NCBI GenBank assembly: GCA_903954165.1
Contig: CAJBMK010000088.1
Coordinates: 1 to 41,873 of the forward strand
DNA length: 41,873 nt
Direction: 5' to 3'
From: an uncultured bacterium
Lineage (GTDB): Bacteria > Patescibacteriota > Minisyncoccia > Phycocordibacterales > CAJBMK01
Of this stretch, positions 36,046-41,873 are shown piece after piece. Both the position numbers and the translations under genes were made by a program. The notes beneath the pieces were generated by a model. It ran no database searches. It worked only from the letters and a program-made list of their open reading frames with translations, and was not told the DNA's origin. How positions within the stretch are numbered: the stretch's first letter is position 1; every line of letters starts with the position of its first letter.

Positions 36046-37023
36046 ATGACAATCGCTCAAAAAATTCGTGTTGGAGTCTTGCGCGGAGGTCCTTCAAGCG
36101 AATACGAGATTTCCCTCAATACGGGGTCTTCGGTTTTGAATAATTTGCCGGAAAAATATGCACCCGTGGATATTTTTATCACAAAGTATGGCGTGTGGCA
36201 TGTTGGCGGCGTGGCTGTTGAACCTGAGCAAGCTTTGAGGCGGGTAGACGTCGTGTACAATGCATTACACGGAGAATACGGCGAGGACGGCAAGGTTCAG
36301 CACACGCTAGAACAATTCGGGATTCCGTTTACGGGTTCGCCAAAATTTCCGAGTTCAGTCGCGATGAATAAATTAACGACCAAAAAGTTTGTAGAACAGC
36401 AGGGGGTTAAAATACCGCTCCATATAATCATTAAACGAGATGAGTATAATGAAGGCGATATCGATGAGCTTTTAAAAACGATGCCGAGACCACTTGTTAT
36501 AAAACCGGTATCGCTTGGTTCTTCAATCGGCGTGACGATTGCGGATACGACCGAAGAAATAAATAGCGGTTTGCGGAATATTTTTGAAATGTGTGAAAAG
36601 GCCATGGTGGAAGAATATATAGAAGGAAAAGAAGCAACCTGTGCCGTAACCGATAAGTTTCGAGATGTACCCGTCTATGCTTTTTTGCCGATAGAAATAA
36701 TTCCCGCCGTCGACAAGAAACTTTTTGATTACAATGCGAAATATGTGGATGAAAAAACGCGCTACATATGCCCCGGGAATTTTACTCGTGAGGAAAAAGA
36801 CGAATTACAGCGTTTGGCTGTGCTCGTTCATTCAACCTTAAGCCTGCGCCATTATTCAAGGTCCGATTTTATCGTATCGCCCCGCGGAATATATTTTCTC
36901 GAAGTAAACTCCCTCCCGTGTCTCACCCGCCAATCACTTATGTCAAAATCGCTTGATTCAATCGGTTCTTCATTGCCACATTTTCTCGACCATATTATAA
37001 CCCTTGCGATAGACAGAAAATAA
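36046..37023 (+). CDS. ddl: D-alanine--D-alanine ligase
   Basis: 325 aa with ATP-grasp layout: VLRGGPSSEYEISL, VYNALHGEYGEDGKVQ, KPVSLGSSIGV and FLEVNSLP. Confidence 0.9.
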   Translation: MTIAQKIRVGVLRGGPSSEYEISLNTGSSVLNNLPEKYAPVDIFITKYGVWHVGGVAVEPEQALRRVDVVYNALHGEYGEDGKVQHTLEQFGIPFTGSPKFPSSVAMNKLTTKKFVEQQGVKIPLHIIIKRDEYNEGDIDELLKTMPRPLVIKPVSLGSSIGVTIADTTEEINSGLRNIFEMCEKAMVEEYIEGKEATCAVTDKFRDVPVYAFLPIEIIPAVDKKLFDYNAKYVDEKTRYICPGNFTREEKDELQRLAVLVHSTLSLRHYSRSDFIVSPRGIYFLEVNSLPCLTRQSLMSKSLDSIGSSLPHFLDHIITLAIDRK

Positions 37024-37031
37024 TGTAGAAT
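37004..37031 (+). promoter_or_regulatory. Promoter for tRNA-Ala(UGC)
   Basis: TTGCGA (37004-37009), 16-nt spacer, TAGAAT (37026-37031), overlapping the ddl 3' end. The tRNA starts at 37074. Confidence 0.45.
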
Positions 37032-37073
37032 ATACCAACTGTGCCCTTTTTTGCACAGCTACACATTCCCTCC

Positions 37074-37146
37074 GGGCCCGTAGTTCATCTGGTAGAACGC
37101 CTCATTTGCAATGAGGAGGTAAGCGGTTCGAGTCCGCTCGGGTCCA
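37074..37146 (+). tRNA. tRNA-Ala (anticodon UGC)
   Basis: Hand-folded cloverleaf. Acceptor gggcccg/cgggtcc with the G3:U70 Ala identity pair. Anticodon arm cctca-tttgcaa-tgagg. T arm gcgg-ttcgagt-ccgc. Discriminator A. No encoded CCA. Confidence 0.9.
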
Positions 37147-37151
37147 CAAAC

Positions 37152-37177
37152 AAAACGCCGTTTAGGCGTTTTTTTGC
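37152..37177 (+). terminator. Intrinsic terminator after tRNA-Ala(UGC)
   Basis: Stem aaacgcc / ggcgttt with loop gttta, then a T run. It is the inner part of a longer imperfect palindrome (37139-37184) that includes the tRNA 3' acceptor strand. Confidence 0.7.
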
Positions 37178-37280
37178 GGACCCGAAGCAAGCAAACTGCT
37201 TTGCTTGCGGCGGACGAGAAAGACTTTTCGTTATTGAATGAGCATTCTGATGCGAAATGAAATCGAAAAGTACCCGCCAC

Positions 37281-37350
37281 GGTAGGTGGAGAGTCCGCTC
37301 GGGTCCACAAACAAAACGCCGTTTAGGCGTTTTTTTTGTGTACCCGAAGC
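37281..37350 (+). repeat. Direct duplicate of the tRNA-Ala(UGC) 3' end plus terminator (decayed partial tRNA)
   Basis: 37291-37350 repeats 37130-37188. The first 47 nt are identical, followed by T8 vs T7 and 2 mismatches. Weaker similarity extends 5' into the variable/T-arm region (ggtaggtggagagtcc vs ggtaagcggttcgagtcc). Confidence 0.8.
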
Positions 37351-37466
37351 GGGAAACTTCTATAGGTAAGGTGGAATCTTTACATATCACTATCCTCGGA
37401 AATACATTTATTCTTTTACCTTGTTCTCACAAAAGAGTAAAGTATCATTACAACATAAGCATGTTG

Positions 37467-37472
37467 TATACT
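37467..37472 (+). promoter_or_regulatory. -10 box (TATACT) 7 nt upstream of the ATG at 37480
   Basis: Same leaderless geometry as the other genes. No good -35 element. Confidence 0.35.
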
Positions 37473-37479
37473 ATCTGCC

Positions 37480-38244
37480 ATGACTTTAAATAAGGGCGGC
37501 AAAATACAGGTAATTATTCTTGCAGGGGGAAAGGGGACTCGCATGAATTCTGACTTGCCAAAAGTTCTTCACCAAGTGAAGGGAAAGGCGATAATCCATC
37601 ACGTGCTGGACGGTATACAATCAATTTGTGAAAAACCGACGATTATTGTGGGACATCAGGCGGAATTGGTAAAAGAGAGTACCGGGAATAAGTATCATTA
37701 CGTTTTTCAGGAGAAACAGCAGGGGACAGGACATGCGGTTTCTGTCGCCAGGTCGGAATTGCAAAGCAGAAGCGATATTGGGCACATTGTGGTGATTCCG
37801 GGCGACGCTCCGCTTATAAGCGCGGTGACACTTCGTGAACTGGTGTCAAAACGCGAAGCATCTCACGCCGTTATGGTATTGGCGACTATTGACGTGCCGA
37901 ATTATGAGGGTACAAATTCCGTGTATTATAATTACGGGCGGATAATTAGAAAATCGGACGAAACACTTGATAGAATTATCGAGCTCAAAGACGCAAGTCC
38001 GGATGTCAGAGCGATGACTGAGGTAAATGTCGGATATTATTGTTTTGACCCTGATTGGTTGTGGAGCAAAATTGATACAATTCAAAATATAAATGCGGCT
38101 CACGAACTGTACCTTACCGATTTGCTTCAGTTTGCCACTTCGGAGAATATGGCGGTTGATGTTGTTCGTATCGGTAATGTGCTTGAGGGTTTGGGAATTA
38201 ATACGCCGGAGCAGTTAGCTCTTGTTGAAAAGTGTATTTTGTAA
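37480..38244 (+). CDS. GlmU-like sugar-1-phosphate uridylyltransferase (nucleotidyltransferase domain only)
   Basis: 254 aa. Contains ILAGGKGTRMNSDLPKVLH, QEKQQGTGHAV, VIPGDAPLI, NVGYYCF and ELYLTDLL, which match the N-terminal half of GlmU. No left-handed beta-helix acetyltransferase half. Confidence 0.8.
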   Translation: MTLNKGGKIQVIILAGGKGTRMNSDLPKVLHQVKGKAIIHHVLDGIQSICEKPTIIVGHQAELVKESTGNKYHYVFQEKQQGTGHAVSVARSELQSRSDIGHIVVIPGDAPLISAVTLRELVSKREASHAVMVLATIDVPNYEGTNSVYYNYGRIIRKSDETLDRIIELKDASPDVRAMTEVNVGYYCFDPDWLWSKIDTIQNINAAHELYLTDLLQFATSENMAVDVVRIGNVLEGLGINTPEQLALVEKCIL

Positions 38245-38255
38245 GGCTCGATTCG

Positions 38256-38264
38256 TGATATACT
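38256..38264 (+). promoter_or_regulatory. Extended -10 promoter (TGaTATACT) upstream of the DUF2339-like gene
   Basis: tgatatact lies 37 nt before the ATG at 38301. Confidence 0.35.
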
Positions 38265-38300
38265 GAAGGTCTAATTAATTTGTTCGTTTGAAACGCTTTT

Positions 38301-40217
38301 ATGTATTTACTTATATTTTTGTTAGGATTGGGAATTGTATGGTGGACTACCCACAAAATTTCTCAATTTGAACAGCGAATTCAAAAACTTGAATCAAAAA
38401 ATAGCCTTGGCGTAATTTCTTCCGCCAGTGTAAAGGATGTCATTTCGGAACCCGTACAGCAGGACTCAGACACATTGACCGAAATTCAAAACGCGGAGGT
38501 TTCGAAACAATCCGACGCGCAGTACGACGTCCCCGCAATGCAAACATTTGCCCCCCGACGGGAAGAAGAGGTTGTTTCAACGGAGGAAAAAACCGGACAA
38601 TGGCTCGGTAAAATTGGAATTGTGGCAATTTTACTCGGTGTCTCGTTTTTCCTGCGGTACGCATTTGTTAATAATATTATCGGGCCGACGGGGCGAATTG
38701 TACTCGGTATAATTTTTGGTTTGGCGATGCTGAGCCTTGCACAGTTTATTAAACATACGTACAAACGGTACGCTGAAATGTTGATGGGTGGCAGTATCGG
38801 TATCTTTTATCTGACTATATTTTCAGCGTATTCATTTTTTCACTTCATTGATACGACTACGGCTTTTGCTCTCATGGTGCTTATTACGGCATTTGGATGC
38901 ATTCTTTCAATCGCGGAATCTTCAAAAGGTTTGGCTATGCTGGCTGTTTTCGGTGGATTTGTTACGCCGGTACTTCTTTCAACGTCGGATAATAATTTTT
39001 GGATTTTAATGCCGTATATTTTGATTTTGGATCTCGGCATTCTTGCTATTGCAATGTTCAAGCGGTGGCACCAACTGCATTACGTCGGTTTTATTTTGAG
39101 TTTGTTTACGTTTATCGGATGGTTTGAATCCTTTTACACCGCACCGCAGATGTGGATAACAATATTTTTTGCGTCATTGTTGTTTGCGGTGTATTACTTT
39201 GTGACGGTGTTGCGTTCAATAATGCAAAAAGAAAATGTTGTTCAGTACGATATACTTCTTATTGTCTGCAATGCCGGTGCGTATTTTGGCCTGCTGACGA
39301 TACTACTGCATACAAACAATAATACGTTGCTTGCATATATGGCAATCGTTTTGGCTGTTCTGTACATATTTACGGCTTACATTTCTTCTTCAAATAACAG
39401 TAATGACGGTATTCTTGGAAGATTTCTGGCAATTATTTCCGTCGTATTCGTGGCGATTGCGATTCCGATTCAACTGAGCGGTCCCTGGCTTACTATCGGG
39501 TGGTTTGTTCTATCTGCTGTATTGTTCTATTTCTCATTTATACAATGGTCGCGCGAAATGCGGGTACTTTCCGTAATAGGTTTCTCGTTCGGATTAATAC
39601 ATATGTTTGCTTTCGAAGGCGGTTTTGATTATGCGATTGATCAGGTTGTATTAAATAATCGTTTCCTGCTGTCTGTTTTGGCTATTGGAATAGCCGTAGC
39701 GATGGCTACCGCGTTTCGGCTATACGGCGGTGGCGACGACAATACCGAAAGAACACACGACGTGAAAGAATATTTTATTGCGCTAGTGATTTTTGCAAAC
39801 TTCATGACGGTATTTACTCTGTCGTCGGAGATTGGAAATTATTACGGTAAGCAAATATTTAATCTTCACAAAGCATATTCCGAGCAGATGGCGGTTCAGG
39901 GAGAATACAAAAGTACCGCAAATTCAGGAAGTCCATATATCGAGCAGTCCACAGCGACAAAAAACAAGCAGAATACGTTAATATCGATATTCTGGACATT
40001 ATACGCACTGGCTCTTATCGGTGTCGGGTTTGTAAAACGGTCGCGATTGGCGCGGAGTTTTGGTCTCGTATTTTTCCTCATAACGGCAATCAAGATATTT
40101 TTGGACGTGTGGAGTTTTGGATCGTTGTATAGAATTATTAGCTCAATGGTATTTGGTATTTTGGCATTACTCGCGTCGTTCACCTATGCAAAATACAAAC
40201 ATCTCATCAAATTTTAG
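38301..40217 (+). CDS. Polytopic membrane protein, DUF2339-like
   Basis: 638 aa. N-terminal TM, then a short coiled coil (FEQRIQKLESK), an acidic linker, and about 16 or more predicted TM helices. This layout matches my recollection of the DUF2339 family. Confidence 0.7.
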   Translation: MYLLIFLLGLGIVWWTTHKISQFEQRIQKLESKNSLGVISSASVKDVISEPVQQDSDTLTEIQNAEVSKQSDAQYDVPAMQTFAPRREEEVVSTEEKTGQWLGKIGIVAILLGVSFFLRYAFVNNIIGPTGRIVLGIIFGLAMLSLAQFIKHTYKRYAEMLMGGSIGIFYLTIFSAYSFFHFIDTTTAFALMVLITAFGCILSIAESSKGLAMLAVFGGFVTPVLLSTSDNNFWILMPYILILDLGILAIAMFKRWHQLHYVGFILSLFTFIGWFESFYTAPQMWITIFFASLLFAVYYFVTVLRSIMQKENVVQYDILLIVCNAGAYFGLLTILLHTNNNTLLAYMAIVLAVLYIFTAYISSSNNSNDGILGRFLAIISVVFVAIAIPIQLSGPWLTIGWFVLSAVLFYFSFIQWSREMRVLSVIGFSFGLIHMFAFEGGFDYAIDQVVLNNRFLLSVLAIGIAVAMATAFRLYGGGDDNTERTHDVKEYFIALVIFANFMTVFTLSSEIGNYYGKQIFNLHKAYSEQMAVQGEYKSTANSGSPYIEQSTATKNKQNTLISIFWTLYALALIGVGFVKRSRLARSFGLVFFLITAIKIFLDVWSFGSLYRIISSMVFGILALLASFTYAKYKHLIKF

Positions 40218-40218
40218 C

Positions 40219-41547
40219 ATGAAAATTATCTTTCGATTTCTTATTTTTATTCTTGTTTGCTGTGGTGCAACGAGCGTCTATGCAAAAGAAATGGCGTCTG
40301 ATTTTCAATATAAAAAAGACGTTTTTTTGCCGTCAGTAATACAGGGGAGTGAATATATACGTGTCGCGTTAGACCAAGAAACAGCCGCGCATTCTCGCAA
40401 TTATGCGGATGTGCGGGTATTTAGCGGTGCGCGTGAGGTTCCGTATCAGCTATTGACCGAAACGGGTTCGGATACGACCAACTATTATCCGGCGCAGGTT
40501 ATCAATCAGGGTAAGTCAAAGTGGGGGACATTTTCTTTCATAGTGGATTTGGGTGTCACAGGCGCATTGCATAATCAGATAAATATTATTTCGGATGAAA
40601 TAAATTATCGTCGTCCCGTTGAAATCTATTACTCAAATTACCCAATGCCCATCGATTCTTTACAGTGGATTAAAATTCCGACCGACGGCTACATTTACAA
40701 TTATACCGATGAGGTAACAAAGGACAGTTTTAGCCGGGGTGACGTAAATTATTCCGATAATACGGGACGGTATCTTAAGGTTGCGGTTTTGCCCGGAGAA
40801 GGCACGATTGAGTTGGTAAAAAAGGTTGAAGTGTATCGCAAAAATAAAACCGAAGTGAACGATGCCGTAACAACCGTTACGACAGATGTGACGGAAAATC
40901 CCGAATTCAAAAGTACGGAAGTCGTCATTGATTTGGGCTCCGGCGGAATTCCAACACATTCGGTAACGCTTTCCATTCCTAATCTAAATTTTAGCCGGCG
41001 GGCGGTAGTGCAAACAAGCCCCGATAACAAGAAATGGACTTTTCTGTCCGAAGATTATTTGTTTAACGTCACCAAGTCAAAGTGGACCGGTTCAAACGCA
41101 ACGATTAATTATAACGAGGTTTCGTCTCGGTATTTGCGCGTAATTATATTCAACGAAGACAACGAATCCCTCAATATCGGTTCTATTGCAACTGTCAAAA
41201 GTATTGTTCGTTCAATAGTATTTGAAGCCGCAAAAGATGTTTCATATTCGCTGTATTACGGAAACGGAAAAATAACCGCACCCCAATACGATATTTCCAA
41301 GATATGGAAATATCTGGACACAGAATCACTCCCCGAAGGTCAGTTGTCTTCCGAATTAAAAAACGAATCATTCACCCCCGCCGCCGCGCCGTTACTCCCA
41401 TACACCGAACGCAATCGCGGTATATTAAACGTCATGATTGTGATTCTCGTGCTATGCATATCGTTCATTGCATTTACCTATCTCCGTAAAATAAACGTGA
41501 ATAAATTGTCGAGTGACAACAAGAAAAATCAAAAGAAGTATTTTTAG
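40219..41547 (+). CDS. Secreted protein with C-terminal TM anchor, DUF3999-like
   Basis: The ATG at 40219 lies 1 nt after the upstream stop. Signal peptide MKIIFRFLIFILVCCGATSVYA. C-terminal TM ILNVMIVILVLCISFIAFTYL. Two segments with ...RYL(K/R)V.(V/I)... resemble galactose-binding-like folds. The family call is from memory. Confidence 0.65.
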   Translation: MKIIFRFLIFILVCCGATSVYAKEMASDFQYKKDVFLPSVIQGSEYIRVALDQETAAHSRNYADVRVFSGAREVPYQLLTETGSDTTNYYPAQVINQGKSKWGTFSFIVDLGVTGALHNQINIISDEINYRRPVEIYYSNYPMPIDSLQWIKIPTDGYIYNYTDEVTKDSFSRGDVNYSDNTGRYLKVAVLPGEGTIELVKKVEVYRKNKTEVNDAVTTVTTDVTENPEFKSTEVVIDLGSGGIPTHSVTLSIPNLNFSRRAVVQTSPDNKKWTFLSEDYLFNVTKSKWTGSNATINYNEVSSRYLRVIIFNEDNESLNIGSIATVKSIVRSIVFEAAKDVSYSLYYGNGKITAPQYDISKIWKYLDTESLPEGQLSSELKNESFTPAAAPLLPYTERNRGILNVMIVILVLCISFIAFTYLRKINVNKLSSDNKKNQKKYF

Positions 41548-41580
41548 CAAGAAATATTCCCTTTTCACCAATTTCTTGCT
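41546..41580 (+). other. 10-bp perfect hairpin overlapping the stop codon of the upstream gene
   Basis: agcaagaaat (41546-41555) / atttcttgct (41571-41580) with a 15-nt loop. No T tract follows, so terminator function is uncertain. Confidence 0.4.
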
Positions 41581-41585
41581 ACAAT
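41577..41585 (+). promoter_or_regulatory. Extended -10 promoter (TGcTACAAT) for tRNA-Ala(CGC)
   Basis: It ends 10 nt before the tRNA 5' end at 41596. Confidence 0.4.
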
Positions 41586-41595
41586 GCCCCTCATT

Positions 41596-41666
41596 GGGCC
41601 TATAGTCTAGTGGTACGACGCGTCATTCGCATTGACGAAGCGGGGGTTCGACTCCCCCTAGGTCCA
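41596..41666 (+). tRNA. tRNA-Ala (anticodon CGC)
   Basis: Acceptor gggccta/taggtcc with G3:U70. Anticodon arm cgtca-ttcgcat-tgacg. T arm ggggg-ttcgact-ccccc. Discriminator A. No encoded CCA. Confidence 0.85.
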
Positions 41667-41745
41667 CAAAAATAAAACCGCGGGTGCGGGTTTATTTTTG
41701 TGGACCTAAGCGATGTGCCTACGCACATCGCGCGGGGGAGTCGAA
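41661..41745. repeat. Long palindrome plus an inverted, interrupted copy of the tRNA-Ala(CGC) 3' end
   Basis: Arms ggtccacaaaaataaa (41661-41676) and tttatttttgtggacc (41691-41706). The inverted tRNA copy continues as tgtggaccta (41699-41708), a 25-nt hairpin insert (41709-41733), then gggggagtcgaa (41734-41745). Confidence 0.8.
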
Positions 41746-41873
41746 AACCTTCTTCCATATTTTCGAGCACTTTCCGAAGTGTGAGAAAATGGAAAAGGTG
41801 TACTGCCGCTGTAAGCGGAGACTCCCATCCGTCCGCCATCAATCTATCCCTTTTTCCCCTCGTTTTTTCCCCA

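Noticed and set aside
37130-37350. Intact prophage or integrative element at tRNA-Ala
   Set aside because: The att-like direct repeats are only ~100 bp apart, and no integrase or cargo genes lie between or next to them. At most this is a deletion scar.
37041-37390. ORFs 37041-37241 (+), 37059-37310 (-) and 37085-37390 (-)
   Set aside because: They read through the tRNA-Ala gene, its terminator and the duplicated tRNA fragment. The similar peptide segments simply reflect the DNA repeat.
41600-41842. 80-aa minus-strand ORF at the window end
   Set aside because: It overlaps tRNA-Ala(CGC) and its palindromic trailer, and there is no independent coding evidence.
1-41873. Alternative genetic code (UGA recoded, as in some CPR lineages)
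   Set aside because: All housekeeping genes and a 12.1-kb ORF are intact under the standard code and end at positions consistent with homolog lengths.

Overview
This is a moderately AT-rich bacterial chromosomal fragment read with the standard code. The 12-kb uninterrupted ORF argues against UGA recoding. Small housekeeping genes, absent Shine-Dalgarno sequences, trimmed repair proteins and giant surface proteins are consistent with a reduced-genome, CPR/Patescibacteria-like organism, but taxonomy cannot be proven from the sequence alone. Housekeeping content: a Pif1-like helicase; a hyp-priA-def-fmt operon on the minus strand; murA; mreB; uvrB; an MTH1-like Nudix hydrolase overlapping uvrA; uvrC; ddl; two tRNA-Ala genes; a GlmU-like uridylyltransferase; and a DUF2339-like/DUF3999-like membrane pair. 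Accessory content: (i) a roughly 1.1-kb IS element with perfect inverted repeats, whose transposase frame is broken at an A8 tract; (ii) an 18.5-kb same-strand cluster (12306-30823) of four secreted or membrane-anchored proteins between uvrB and nudix-uvrA. That cluster includes a 1,358-aa Ig-array protein and a ~4,040-aa giant protein. The giant carries two LamG-like domains, degenerate YD repeats, two transglutaminase/papain-like Cys-His cores, an FG-rich linker, four DPDGD Ig-like domains, a 1.25-kb internal tandem duplication, three copies of an unrecognised ~145-aa module, and a ~360-aa C-terminal module also found at the C-terminus of the first gene of the cluster. I consider this cluster the best candidate for an undescribed cell-surface (host-attachment or surface-modification) system. 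Other observations: -10 boxes sit 6-7 nt upstream of start codons, implying leaderless mRNAs. PriA has degenerate helicase motifs. UvrA lacks the insertion domain. UvrC lacks the (HhH)2 tail. An ORF-less promoter-terminator unit is a candidate sRNA. Partial copies of the tRNA 3' ends lie next to both tRNA-Ala genes.
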